In this document: positions 1 through 9,943 of the stretch, one piece after another | Layout of the letters: the number at the start of each line of letters is the position of its first letter | Position numbering within the stretch: position 1 is the stretch's first letter | NCBI GenBank assembly: GCA_963815095.1 | Contig: CAWFFH010000003.1 | Coordinates: 544,001-608,000, forward strand | Reading direction: 5' to 3' | Length of the DNA stretch: 64,000 nucleotides | From: Candidatus Bathyarchaeota archaeon | GTDB lineage: Archaea > Thermoproteota > Bathyarchaeia > Bathyarchaeales > Bathycorpusculaceae | Position numbers and translations under genes: made by a program | The notes under the pieces: generated by a model | Database searches by the model: none | What the model was told of the DNA's origin: nothing | What the model saw: the letters and a program-made list of their open reading frames with translations, nothing else

Positions 1-3
1 GGA

Positions 4-345
4 TTGAAAAGGATAAATGTTGATCCTGTAAGTGATGTTTCTTCCTATCCGGAAATTACTTTCCTTGCTGAACCTCCATATTGTGATTGCGAACTTAAAG
101 AATATTTGAAAACTATGGTATACAATTATGGACCTAAGTATTGCCGTGAACACAATGTTATCAGTTTGGGCGGAATGTATGAGTCAAAAGATCTTGAGAT
201 TATTGATAAGGAAACTGAATATGTGTTATTGCACGAAAGTCTCCATTGGGTTTTAGGCAAGTTTGTCTGCGAGTCAGCTTCATTTTGGCTTGATAATGAA
301 AATGTTTCTGAATTCATTGACGATTATCTTTTTGACATTCAGTAA
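4..345 (+). CDS. Hypothetical protein with HExxH (zincin-like) motif
   Basis: VLLHESLH motif; start is at the window edge, so it may be incomplete. Confidence 0.55.
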   Translation: MKRINVDPVSDVSSYPEITFLAEPPYCDCELKEYLKTMVYNYGPKYCREHNVISLGGMYESKDLEIIDKETEYVLLHESLHWVLGKFVCESASFWLDNENVSEFIDDYLFDIQ

Positions 346-514
346 AGTTCCTCAATTCGTTGAATTTCAATAATTGCTTTTCATAAGCGCTTTTAACTGT
401 GTAAAAAGGGCTGTTGCTATAAGGCCCCGATCGAGGCTAATATCTGCAGCGATCGTTTAGCTCACGATTTCTATAGTCATAACTCTTGCTCGGAGCATCC
501 ATAGTCGGTTGGCA

Positions 515-1825
515 TTAGTTGTTATCAAAGTTATTTCTTATTACAACCATGCTTTCAGAGAGCTTAGCAACATATTCCCAGCCTCTCTCCAAGTACGCAT
601 TAGTCTCCTGAACACTGACGACCTTTTGTCTATGAGAGTCTATTACTGGATTGTGCTCCTTTTCTCCTACGATGCCAGCAAGTAGTTTTTGTTTAAGAAT
701 AGCCTGAATTTCTTCGTCACTAAACTTGGACAACTCTAGCTTGTTAACGTCTTCTTCGCTTAGACCAGCCACCATTAAAAGCTGCTTTTGGATGCTCTGC
801 CGTAGCTTCTCCTCACTCGTCGAAGGTTCATCGATTGTTCTCAAAAGCTCCTCACCCCTTTCATAAGCAGTTCGCATGTCCTCAATAACCGTTTCAGGTA
901 ACTTTTGTTTGTTAGTTGTATACCTGTTTTCAATATCGCCCTTATGACCCATCCAAAACTGACGATAATCCCGCAAGACCCAGCCTTTGGATTCAGCTAA
1001 CATTAACTGAGTATCAAAGTAACACCTTAAAACATAGGGGCGCCATGGAAAACCTGCTTTTCTTATGCAATCTCTTGCTGCATCGCCTATGTTTGCTGTT
1101 CTGATAAAAGGTTTCATTTTTCCTTTAGGTGTTATAATCGCTGATTTGCTATTGATGTTTTCGCCATCCCTAATTCTAGCTTCTAGATAGTCTTTTATGT
1201 AGTTGCATGCCTCTTGACCGATAAAGGTGAAATATTGATGTCTTGCCTTGCTGAGTTCTTTACGTACGACAACTATTGTGGGAATTTTAAGAAAGGTTAC
1301 GGCTTTATCGGTAATGGATATCTCGGGAAAGTCCCGTATTGTTAGTCCATCAGTTCCTTTATAGTCGCCAATAGTTTCAGGACGAAAACCTCCATGCGCA
1401 AGCAGCACGCAAATGCTTCTTGACTTCTCATCACCTGATAGCAGAATACGCTGAAGCTCACTCTTTATTGGGGTCCTTTCCTCTTTGAGGGTTGGTGCAT
1501 CTTGGGCTCCTCTTATCCTTATGCGGCCCCTAACTTGTATGCGGTTATGTAAAAGCCACGATTTTATTGCCTTAATGGTTGAGTGAATATAGCTTCCCGT
1601 ATGACCTTTCTGTTCCATCCTTGAAACTGTATCCAGAAACAAATCATAGAGCTCCTCTTCTTTCATCTCAAGCAGTCTATTTGGGGCTACGTTTAGTTCT
1701 TTGCAAAAATGTCCTAACCGGCGAAGGTACACATCAGCAGTTATGATTGACCCACGCGCGACGTTATCGTACCATCTTTTAAGGACTTTGTTTTCTAGCA
1801 GGGTTGCGTATTCACTCTCGCGCAA
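515..1825 (-). CDS. Tyrosine recombinase/integrase
   Basis: GGFRPE (R), LSKARH (K), PYVLR (H replaced by Y in HxxR), MGH, RYT (Y); next to a tRNA. Confidence 0.9.
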   Translation of the reverse strand: MRESEYATLLENKVLKRWYDNVARGSIITADVYLRRLGHFCKELNVAPNRLLEMKEEELYDLFLDTVSRMEQKGHTGSYIHSTIKAIKSWLLHNRIQVRGRIRIRGAQDAPTLKEERTPIKSELQRILLSGDEKSRSICVLLAHGGFRPETIGDYKGTDGLTIRDFPEISITDKAVTFLKIPTIVVVRKELSKARHQYFTFIGQEACNYIKDYLEARIRDGENINSKSAIITPKGKMKPFIRTANIGDAARDCIRKAGFPWRPYVLRCYFDTQLMLAESKGWVLRDYRQFWMGHKGDIENRYTTNKQKLPETVIEDMRTAYERGEELLRTIDEPSTSEEKLRQSIQKQLLMVAGLSEEDVNKLELSKFSDEEIQAILKQKLLAGIVGEKEHNPVIDSHRQKVVSVQETNAYLERGWEYVAKLSESMVVIRNNFDNN

Positions 1826-1886
1826 GCACTTTCCTCCACAAAAGAAACCGTCAGCGCTTTTTGCTTATAAAACTGCCTATGGTTCT

Positions 1887-1902
1887 GCTCCCAAAAGGGA
1901 GC
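1887..1902. repeat. Short perfect hairpin GCTCCC-AAAA-GGGAGC abutting the tRNA 3' end
   Basis: 6-bp inverted repeat seen directly; role (terminator or att arm) is inference. Confidence 0.5.
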
Positions 1903-1977
1903 GGGCCCGCTGGGATTTGAACCCAGGATTCTCGGCTCCGGAGGCCGATGCCTTAATCCGTGCTAGACTACGAGCCC
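1902..1977 (-). tRNA. tRNA-Arg(CCG)
   Basis: Acceptor GGGCTCG/CGGGCCC, anticodon arm TCGGC-CTCCGGA-GCCGA, T loop TTCAAAT; CCA not encoded. Confidence 0.95.
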
Positions 1978-2021
1978 ACGGCGTAGAGAAACCAAACATG
2001 CTTTGCTGATTTAAAGCTAAC

Positions 2022-2522
2022 TTATTCCTGAATTAATTCTTGGTCTATCCACCAAGCTTTCTTTTTGCCCGATTTTTCGCCCGCGTAGTATTCGATTATT
2101 GATTTTCCCAGTTGCTTCTTGGAGGTTTTCTGGATTTTCCGCAACCTGTTGAGTATGAGCCATCTGTTTGTTTTAATGTAGTCCGCCAGTTCAGGTGTGG
2201 TTGCTGATTTGTAATGCATCAAATATTCCATTATTTTGTGGTCGACTTCGTCGATGCAGTAAGTGTGGGGGTCGATTTTTCCATGTTGAAAAGTAAGGAT
2301 TTCTAAATCGGATAGGTATTTGCGGATTTGTCCGAATTCCTGTTCGATTTTGTTCATGCGCTCTTGCAGGGCTAAGAGTTTGTCTGCTTTAGGGGTTTTT
2401 TGGAGCTTTTCGTTTATAGCTTCGCGGATAAAAGTGCTTCTGTCGCCTTCGGGAATGCGTAGAGCCAGTTCTTGGTAGGTTTCTTCAGGTATTTTTACAG
2501 TGACTATTCTGATGTCGCTCAA
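2022..2522 (-). CDS. Ribbon-helix-helix plus winged-HTH DNA-binding protein
   Basis: N-terminal VTVKIPEE...RSTFIREAI (RHH); coiled coil; C-terminal DHKIMEYL...TTPELADYI (wHTH). Confidence 0.7.
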   Translation of the reverse strand: MSDIRIVTVKIPEETYQELALRIPEGDRSTFIREAINEKLQKTPKADKLLALQERMNKIEQEFGQIRKYLSDLEILTFQHGKIDPHTYCIDEVDHKIMEYLMHYKSATTPELADYIKTNRWLILNRLRKIQKTSKKQLGKSIIEYYAGEKSGKKKAWWIDQELIQE

Positions 2523-2680
2523 TGTGGACGCCTCGGCAACGTGTTATGAGTCTTCTTATTATTTCATAGTTTCTCTCCCGTCATAATGCAATCAATAAAG
2601 CCCAGCACAGACCAAGCCTACCAGAAAATTCTAAGTGTGAATCAGCTTTTGATTTCTATAAAACCCATAACGTTTTATTA

Positions 2681-3646
2681 GTGACCTCACAAAATAGTCG
2701 CACGGTGACTTATGTGATAGATTGGTCGCAAAAAGAGCTGTTAATTTTAGCATTTGACCATCGAGCGTCGTTCCTAGAAAAAATGTTCGGCATCAAAGGT
2801 CGTCAACCAACCCCCGAAGAAAAGCGGCAAATCGAGGACTACAAAAAAATAATCTTTGAAGGCTTCCGATTAGCTACAAAGAAGAAAGTTCCTAAAGATA
2901 TAGCCGGTTTACTTGTGGATGAAGAATTCGGCACTGGTGTTTTGTGTGAAGCAAAAAAAGACGGATTAATGTTTGCTATGCCAGTGGAGAAGTCGGGGCA
3001 AGACGAATTTGATTTTGATTATGGCGATAACTTTGCCAAACATATTGAAGAATTTGACCCAACCTTTGTGAAAGTTCTGGTACGCTATAACCCTGAAGGC
3101 GACGCTGGTATGAATAAAAGACAGCTTCTAAGGCTAAAGAAGCTCAGCGACTACTTAGCTCAAAAGAAAAGACCATTCCTCTTCGAACTAATAGTTCCCT
3201 CCACTACCGAGCAGTTGGCAAAACTGGGCGGGTCAAAACAAAAATACGACCAAGAATTACGTCCCAAACTTATGGTGGAAAGCATTAAGGAGATTCAAGC
3301 AGCAGGTGTAGAACCTGCCATCTGGAAACTGGAAGGCGTCGATAAACCGGAGTCTGCTAAAGCAGTAGTAAAGCAAGCACAAAGCGGTGGAAGAAAAGTA
3401 GGAGTCATCACTTTGGGACGAGGCGAATCCAAAGAGAAAGTTCAGGAATGGCTCAAAGTTGGCGCCAAAATCCCCGGGATCATAGGGTTTGCCGTTGGAA
3501 GAACGATTTTCTGGGAACCATTAGCTGATCATAAAGCAGGCAAAACTTCAAGAAAAGAAGCGGTGGAAAAAGTCGCCCAGAACTACGAAGAGTTCACCGA
3601 GCTATGGCTGAACGAATGTGAAAGCAAGAAGGAGATAAAGAAATGA
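2681..3646 (+). CDS. DUF2090 family class I (LacD/IolC C-terminal-like) sugar-phosphate aldolase
   Basis: LILAFDHR, VKVLVRYNP, FLFEL, IWKLEG (Schiff-base Lys), GFAVGRTIF. Confidence 0.8.
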   Translation: MTSQNSRTVTYVIDWSQKELLILAFDHRASFLEKMFGIKGRQPTPEEKRQIEDYKKIIFEGFRLATKKKVPKDIAGLLVDEEFGTGVLCEAKKDGLMFAMPVEKSGQDEFDFDYGDNFAKHIEEFDPTFVKVLVRYNPEGDAGMNKRQLLRLKKLSDYLAQKKRPFLFELIVPSTTEQLAKLGGSKQKYDQELRPKLMVESIKEIQAAGVEPAIWKLEGVDKPESAKAVVKQAQSGGRKVGVITLGRGESKEKVQEWLKVGAKIPGIIGFAVGRTIFWEPLADHKAGKTSRKEAVEKVAQNYEEFTELWLNECESKKEIKK

Positions 3647-4626
3647 CATCGCTAAGATCACTATCCCCATCCTTAACAAGAATCACTACAGCCGGAGCGG
3701 TAGGCGCTGCATTACATATTGGTAAAGGTGACCCAGACAAAGTTGACCAAACAGCTTTGGATTTTTCAAGAGCCGTTCTAAACCAAACTGAAGTAGACGG
3801 AGAAGTCATCTGTTGCGAGGGACCCAAAGACAATGCTCCAGCGTTCAGTTACAAAGAAAAAGTCGGCAATGGCAACGGCCCTAAAGTAGAATTCATAATT
3901 GACCAAGTAGATGGCACAACCGCGACATCAAAGGGAAAGAAAGACGCCATCTCAGCTTTATGCTGCGCACCAACAGGATGCTTGCAAGTTTTGCCAGACG
4001 ACGGCTACTACTTCAAAGTTGCAACCGACGGCAAATCAAAAGGAAAAATCAACCTTGACATGTCTATTGAAGAAATTGTGAAAACAATTGCCAAATTGAA
4101 GAATCGCCCATTAGCAAACTTCACTGTCATTATGCTTGAACGTGAACGGCACAATGAATTGCTTGCGAAACTAAGAAAGATGGGCGTAAGAATCATCCTT
4201 ATAGCCGACGGCGACATTGGAGGCTCCATCGTCACTTGCCTACCTGACTCAGGTGTTGACCTTCTAATCGGTGCAGGGGCAGGAGCAGAAGCCACAATCG
4301 CTGCAGTCGCAGTGAAGTGCCTTGGCGGAACAATGCTTGTTAAGGTTTGGAAGGACAAAAAAGACGATGCTAAACGAATGGACAGACTTAAAGCGGCAGG
4401 CGTCGACATCAACAAAACATATACTGAAGACGAGTTAGCAAAGGGCAACGAAATGATTTTTGCAGCTTCAGGTGTCACTAAAGGCGAAATGCTTGACGGA
4501 GTGCGTTTCACTGCTGGAGGCGCAGTCGTTCAATCTATCTGTACAAGACTTCCCAGCGGTACACTCGAATGGTCAACAACTAATCTGAAGTTCGGAGACC
4601 ATCCAGTCTACAAACAAATAACTTAA
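3643..4626 (+). CDS. glpX: Class II fructose-1,6-bisphosphatase, divergent
   Basis: EGPKDNAP, DQVDGTT, ERERH, ADGD, FAASGVTKGEMLDGV; ATGA overlap with the aldolase. Confidence 0.85.
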   Translation: MTSLRSLSPSLTRITTAGAVGAALHIGKGDPDKVDQTALDFSRAVLNQTEVDGEVICCEGPKDNAPAFSYKEKVGNGNGPKVEFIIDQVDGTTATSKGKKDAISALCCAPTGCLQVLPDDGYYFKVATDGKSKGKINLDMSIEEIVKTIAKLKNRPLANFTVIMLERERHNELLAKLRKMGVRIILIADGDIGGSIVTCLPDSGVDLLIGAGAGAEATIAAVAVKCLGGTMLVKVWKDKKDDAKRMDRLKAAGVDINKTYTEDELAKGNEMIFAASGVTKGEMLDGVRFTAGGAVVQSICTRLPSGTLEWSTTNLKFGDHPVYKQIT

Positions 4627-4693
4627 ACACCCGTTTTTGGGCAAATTTTCTTTCTTTCAATGAAACGGTTAAAAAAAAGTCGATAGAATTCTT

Positions 4694-5275
4694 TTAACTG
4701 TGAGTATGGTCGTCTTCTGGCGGGATGGGTTGACCTGACAGTTTTGCTAATGCAAGGTAACGCTGCTCAACTATATCATAAAGTTGCTTGCGCAAGTCTT
4801 CTCCAACAGCGTTTTTCTTTTGTAGCAAGACCAATTTTTTGGCTAATTCCTCATCACCAAGTCCTTTGAACCATGCTTCAAAATCGCCGCGTTGCAGGTG
4901 AAATTCTATCGATAAGACGTCGGCTTTCTCAAGTTTGTTTGCGAAGTCCCGCAGGCTGTGTGCGTGAAGGTTTAGAGGTTTTCCGAATGTAACAAAGAAG
5001 TTGAATGCTTTATCGTGTGGTGCATAAGCTAATATGGCTACGGCTTTTTCTTTTGTTGTTTCAGGTATGCCCAGCGCTCTTTTTCCCTTCTCGGTTAATG
5101 CATAGAGTCCTTTCTCAGGTAAACTTACATATCCCATTTTGGTGAGGCCTAAGAGGTGCATGTTAACTGGCTGGTACTCTTTTTTTGCTTCTTTGGCGAT
5201 TTCCATGGCTTTGAGTGGTTTCTCGTTTAGTAGCATGGTTTCCAGTATTTCTTGTTTAATCGGTGATAAACTCAT
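4694..5275 (-). CDS. Winged-HTH plus DUF5752-like domain protein
   Basis: N-terminal wHTH (HLLGLTKMGYV...YALTEKG); C-terminal AFNF...SLRDF...SIEFHLQRGDFEAW. Confidence 0.7.
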   Translation of the reverse strand: MSLSPIKQEILETMLLNEKPLKAMEIAKEAKKEYQPVNMHLLGLTKMGYVSLPEKGLYALTEKGKRALGIPETTKEKAVAILAYAPHDKAFNFFVTFGKPLNLHAHSLRDFANKLEKADVLSIEFHLQRGDFEAWFKGLGDEELAKKLVLLQKKNAVGEDLRKQLYDIVEQRYLALAKLSGQPIPPEDDHTHS

Positions 5276-5421
5276 TTTGGGCACCTTATCGTTAGCTATG
5301 TAGAACGATCTAATCAAACTTTTCGTTAACTTTTCTCTTGAAGCTGGAGGCTTTATGGCTAAAAAATTTTGGCCTTGATAAGTAAAGTTTTAGTATAAAG
5401 CTTCATAATGCTAAATGAATA

Positions 5422-6690
5422 ATGGTGGCTTGTCAAGACTTGAAGATTGCTGTTTTTGTTTACGAGTACCCACCTAAAATCGTTGGTGGATTAGGAACAT
5501 ATGCTGCCGAGATTACACGTAAATTTGTTCTAAACGATCATGACGTTACCGTTTTTACAATGAATGATGATGCAGGTTCGTTACCGACACGAGAGATTTG
5601 GCGTGGAATAGAAATCCACCGCCCCCTCCACATAGACGTATCCGATTCATTGCCCGACGTAATCGCAGAGGACATACGGAAATGGGGCCGAGGCATTCAC
5701 TTGTTCGGCAAACTGATGGTTTATAACTATCTTTCCGCTGCAAAGCTGGTTAACGAACTTATCAAAAAAGAAGGCATGAAATACGATGTTGTTGTAGCGC
5801 ACGATTGGCTCTCAGCAATGGGCGGCATAACTGTTAAACGCGAAACTGGGTTACCGTTGGCTTTCCATGTTCACTCAACTGAGAAGGGCAGAACATTAGG
5901 CAATGGCTCCAGTGTTGTTAGCAACATCGAGTTACGAGGTGGCAAGATGGCCGACATGGTTGTCACGGTCTCGTACGCCATGAAAGACGAACTAGTCCAA
6001 TTGGGTTTTCCTAGAGAAAAAATCCAAGTCAGCTACAACGGCGTCGACCCCCAAAAATACAATCCCGTAAACGTTTCCAAAGAAAATATTCAAAAAATCA
6101 GGGCAAAATATGGCATCAAAGACGACGAGTTAATGATTCTTTTCCTCGGTCGTCTCGTCGTGGTTAAGGGCGTTGATAAGTTGATTATGGCAATGCCGCA
6201 TATCCTCTCAAAGATTCCTAAAGCCAAATTAGTCGTGGTAGGCGTCGGCGACTTGCAGGAATACCTAACCAACCTTACCCGAATGACGAAACTTGATGAG
6301 TACGTCAAGTTCTGCTTTGACTTCATCCCAGAAGAAGAACGCATCCAACATTATGCAGCTTGTGACATAGCAGTGTTTCCAAGCCACTACGAACCCTTTG
6401 GCATAGTTGCACTCGAAGCCATGAGTATGGAGAAACCCGTTGTCGTCGGCGCTGCCGGAGTTAGCGGTATGCGGGAAATAGTAATTTGCTGCGGAGAAGA
6501 ACAATGCGGCTACCACATAGACCCAAACAACCCCTCAGACATCGCTTGGGGCGTCATCAGCGCACTTGAAAGTCCTGAAAAACGACGGATGCTCGGCAAA
6601 AACGGCAGAAAACGAGTCTTAGCCGAATTCACATGGAGCAAAATCGCCGAGAAAACCGTACAGCTCTACGAAACAATCACTAAACGGTAA
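5422..6690 (+). CDS. GT4 glycosyltransferase, glycogen-synthase-like
   Basis: EYPPKIVGGLG, AHDW, HSTE, YEPFGIVALEA. Confidence 0.85.
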   Translation: MVACQDLKIAVFVYEYPPKIVGGLGTYAAEITRKFVLNDHDVTVFTMNDDAGSLPTREIWRGIEIHRPLHIDVSDSLPDVIAEDIRKWGRGIHLFGKLMVYNYLSAAKLVNELIKKEGMKYDVVVAHDWLSAMGGITVKRETGLPLAFHVHSTEKGRTLGNGSSVVSNIELRGGKMADMVVTVSYAMKDELVQLGFPREKIQVSYNGVDPQKYNPVNVSKENIQKIRAKYGIKDDELMILFLGRLVVVKGVDKLIMAMPHILSKIPKAKLVVVGVGDLQEYLTNLTRMTKLDEYVKFCFDFIPEEERIQHYAACDIAVFPSHYEPFGIVALEAMSMEKPVVVGAAGVSGMREIVICCGEEQCGYHIDPNNPSDIAWGVISALESPEKRRMLGKNGRKRVLAEFTWSKIAEKTVQLYETITKR

Positions 6691-6695
6691 ATCTT

Positions 6696-7310
6696 TTGAC
6701 AGACGACTTTGATTTAAAGCATCGAGTCGCAAGAGAAGCCGCTACCCTCCTTTATTTTGGAGCTGAAAAAGAGTACAAGCAAGCTAAGCAGAAAGCGGCC
6801 CAAACATTTGGCGTTCATTTTTTGCCCTCTAACCTCGAAATCGCCTTGGAACTTGATAATATAGCTGAGGAAAATGAAGGCGAGAATAGAAAAACACGCT
6901 TAATCCAAATGCGCAAAGAGGCATTGGAAGTAATGCATCTTTTAGCAGGGTGCTATCCAGTTTTGATTGGGAGCGTTTGGCGGGGAACGATCAAACAGGG
7001 AAGCGACATCGACATCGCCATTTACTCGGATGAACCCGAAGAAACCATCAAAATCCTCAAAGCAGGCGGAATAAAGATTTTGAAATCAGCTTGGACTACC
7101 GTTAACAAACGCGGCGCAACCTTGGAGTCTTTGCATATCTACGCTGAAACCGCATCTAAACATGGACTTGAAATTGTTGTCCGCAGCCGCGAGGAAGCAG
7201 GGAAAAAACGGAAATGTGAAACCTTCGGAGACGAGCTAAAAGGCTTAAACAGTAAGGAACTTGAAAAAGTTCTTGAAACTAACTCAACCCGACAGTTCAT
7301 CCCATCGTAA
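6696..7310 (+). CDS. Pol-beta-like nucleotidyltransferase domain protein
   Basis: IGSVWRG...SDIDIA motif. Confidence 0.75.
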   Translation: MTDDFDLKHRVAREAATLLYFGAEKEYKQAKQKAAQTFGVHFLPSNLEIALELDNIAEENEGENRKTRLIQMRKEALEVMHLLAGCYPVLIGSVWRGTIKQGSDIDIAIYSDEPEETIKILKAGGIKILKSAWTTVNKRGATLESLHIYAETASKHGLEIVVRSREEAGKKRKCETFGDELKGLNSKELEKVLETNSTRQFIPS

Positions 7311-7390
7311 TTCTCTTTGAAAAAATGGTTTTTCATCAAAAAAGAAAATAAATGACGCTTTCAAATAATATTTTTGTGCGCTGATGCAAG

Positions 7391-7792
7391 ATGGCAATAG
7401 ATAAAAAATCCATCAAGAAAATATTTCCACACCTCTACAAGGAACTAGAAACTGGAGAAGTTAAAGTTCCAATTAATGCCGTACGCAAAAACCCGTTAGA
7501 GGCTGAAGAAGCTGCTATTGGAGAGGAATTTGAAGACTTCACTGAAGAAGTTACATCCTGCACTGAGACGCCTGATAAGCTTCGGCATTTTAATCCTTCC
7601 GCCATAGATTTTATTCGACGTTGCGACACCCAAGGGGAGGCAGAGGAAATTATCGCGTATCTGCAGAAGAAGGGCGAAATAACAAAGGAGAACGCTGAAC
7701 AGATGCGGTGCCAGCTCAAACGGGATGGCGTGAGAAGCTTCGGTCCCAAAAAAGAAGAAAACCACTACTTTAGAGAAGGCGGCATCTACTAA
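7391..7792 (+). CDS. DUF2095 family archaeal protein
   Basis: FPHLYKEL, PSAIDFIRRCDT..EA.EII.YL, GVRSFG.K. Confidence 0.75.
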   Translation: MAIDKKSIKKIFPHLYKELETGEVKVPINAVRKNPLEAEEAAIGEEFEDFTEEVTSCTETPDKLRHFNPSAIDFIRRCDTQGEAEEIIAYLQKKGEITKENAEQMRCQLKRDGVRSFGPKKEENHYFREGGIY

Positions 7793-7895
7793 ACCTCTTA
7801 TTCTTGCGATCTAAAGATAAATAATAACTTCTAAAAGCCAATTGGGATTTGACTGGGAACCAGCTGAATAGCATGTCATAAACTATAAGTTTGTT

Positions 7896-8516
7896 TTAGA
7901 CAGCAAAGTCCTGGCATTTATTGAGCAAACCCAAAACTTTAGCATACAACTCTTCTGTCACAGCCTCTTTGGGTTTATCACCGTCAACTCGAACCAAATC
8001 GCCCTTCGCCACAAACTTGAGGTAAACTTCCCTGACTTTCTGTTGTGTTTCAAAGGTTTCCATAACAGATCTCTTTCGTTTCAGACGCTCAATAACGCGT
8101 TCAGGAGACACATCAAGGAAAATGCTGAAATCCGGCTGCAGAGCGCGGGCATTGATGGTTTTTATCCATTCTAAACTAAGTCCAGCACTGCCCTGGTATG
8201 CTAAAGATGAGTAAATGTAGCGGTCACAAATCACTAATTTTCCCTCGTCTAAGGCGGGCTTTACTTCTCTGTACATATGCTCGATGCGGTCGGCGGCGAA
8301 AAGTAAAGCTTCAGCTTCGGTTGGGAGACGTTTGTCTTCATAGAGGCAACCTTCGCGGATGAAGGCACCGATTTTGCCGCGGCTAGGCTCAGCAGTCAAC
8401 ACAACATTGTGACTTAGGGAAAGTTTGTTCGCGAGGAAGGTTGCTTGGGTAGTTTTTCCGCTTCCGTCTAAGCCTTCGATAACTATAAAGATGCCTTTTT
8501 TCCCCATTTTTGTCAA
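7896..8516 (-). CDS. tmk: Thymidylate kinase
   Basis: EGLDGSGKTT, LFAADR, CDRYIYSSLAYQ. Confidence 0.95.
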   Translation of the reverse strand: MTKMGKKGIFIVIEGLDGSGKTTQATFLANKLSLSHNVVLTAEPSRGKIGAFIREGCLYEDKRLPTEAEALLFAADRIEHMYREVKPALDEGKLVICDRYIYSSLAYQGSAGLSLEWIKTINARALQPDFSIFLDVSPERVIERLKRKRSVMETFETQQKVREVYLKFVAKGDLVRVDGDKPKEAVTEELYAKVLGLLNKCQDFAV

Positions 8517-8582
8517 CTCGGCTGGTTAGCGTTACACATTAATGGAAGTTACCTAAATATAGCTTACAACTGTGAGGCTGCG

Positions 8583-9866
8583 TTGGTGCCGAAAGCTTAC
8601 TGGGGAGAAATCAAGGATCCCGTACACGGATACGTGTACATTACTGAAGCCGAAAAAAACGTAATCGACACTTATCCTATGCAAAGACTCCGCAGGCTCA
8701 GGCAGCTTGCCGGTTCTGAATACGTATATCCCGGCGCTAACCACACACGTTTCGAACATTGCTTAGGAGTAATGTACCTTGCTGGACATGTTTTAGAAAA
8801 CCCTAACATTTCACGAATCGTTAACGATGAAGAAGTGGATATGTGCCGCATTTCAGCTCTTCTCCATGACTGTGGCCATGGACCTTTCTCACATGTCTTT
8901 GAGCACCTGTTAATCAAAGACCTCGAGAAAACCCACGAAGACATAACCTCATGGATTATAGAAAAGAGCGAAGTCAGCGACAAACTATCCAAGATGGGCT
9001 TCAACGCAAAGGAAGTCGCTGGGCTTGCAGTGGGCAAATTGCACAAAAAAGACCGCGCATTCCTCGATCAAATAATAAGCAGCGCGGTCGACGTTGACAA
9101 ACAAGATTTCATCGTGCGAGACACTTACCATACAGGAGCCGAATACGGCTTCATTGACGTTTACCGCCTCATACATGCACTTGACGTTTTGGGCGAAAAC
9201 TTGGCAGTTGAATTAGGAGCGTTGTCAGCTTTGGAAGCTTTCGTTATTGCCCGAATTGAATCTTTTAAGAGCATCTATTTCCACCGCGTTGGACGAGCCG
9301 CACAAATTATGCTGGCTACTGCTATGGACAAGGCCAACAAAGAACTTGGTCTAACAGCCTTCAAAACACCCGAAGAATACATGGCATTGGACGATTACAC
9401 CGTTTGGGCAGCACTCAGAAAATGCAAAGCATCTAACGAAGTAATCAGCAACTTAGAAAATCGGCGCATGCTCAAATGCGCTTACGAACGGACCTTCTAC
9501 GAGAAGGACGCTATGATATCTAATTTATTCGGTCGCGAGGCGTACCGGCGACAGGTGCAGAGTGAAATCGCCAGAGAGGCAGGAGTCGAATTAGATTCCG
9601 TTATAATTGATGTGCCAACGGTGCCTTCTGTCCCCTATCATCACGCAGTACTTATGGAATCAACCGAAATTCCAGTCTTCACAAGAAGTCCAGGGGGAGA
9701 AAAGAAGCTCCAACGGCTAAGTGAGAGCTCCAAGATTTTTGAAACCCTCAAAGGTTTCATGAATATCTTGCGCGTCTACACCTCAGAGGCCGATAGAGCA
9801 AAGGTCGAGAAAGCAACCGCGAAGATTCTGGGCAAGATTCCTTCGGCCGCAAAAATCTCATTCTAA
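8583..9866 (+). CDS. HD-domain dNTP triphosphohydrolase (SAMHD1-like)
   Basis: DPVHG, QRLRRLRQL, HTRFEH, LLHDCGHGPFSH, DVDKQDF.RD, YFHR. Confidence 0.9.
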   Translation: MVPKAYWGEIKDPVHGYVYITEAEKNVIDTYPMQRLRRLRQLAGSEYVYPGANHTRFEHCLGVMYLAGHVLENPNISRIVNDEEVDMCRISALLHDCGHGPFSHVFEHLLIKDLEKTHEDITSWIIEKSEVSDKLSKMGFNAKEVAGLAVGKLHKKDRAFLDQIISSAVDVDKQDFIVRDTYHTGAEYGFIDVYRLIHALDVLGENLAVELGALSALEAFVIARIESFKSIYFHRVGRAAQIMLATAMDKANKELGLTAFKTPEEYMALDDYTVWAALRKCKASNEVISNLENRRMLKCAYERTFYEKDAMISNLFGREAYRRQVQSEIAREAGVELDSVIIDVPTVPSVPYHHAVLMESTEIPVFTRSPGGEKKLQRLSESSKIFETLKGFMNILRVYTSEADRAKVEKATAKILGKIPSAAKISF

Positions 9867-9943
9867 TTCTGTGATTGGCTTTTTTCTTAAATACTAGGTG
9901 TTGCTTAAGAAAACAACACGAAGAACGCTAAGAAGGGAACTGT

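Larger units (their letters stand above)
1..1901. mobile_element. Integrated element at the 3' end of tRNA-Arg(CCG); partial, continues left of the window
   Basis: Tyrosine integrase starts 77 nt after the tRNA 3' end on the same strand; the second att copy is not inside the window. Confidence 0.7.

Noticed and set aside
1701-2009. 102-aa plus-strand ORF (and the similar ORF at 10334-10594)
   Set aside because: These are antisense translations across tRNA genes.
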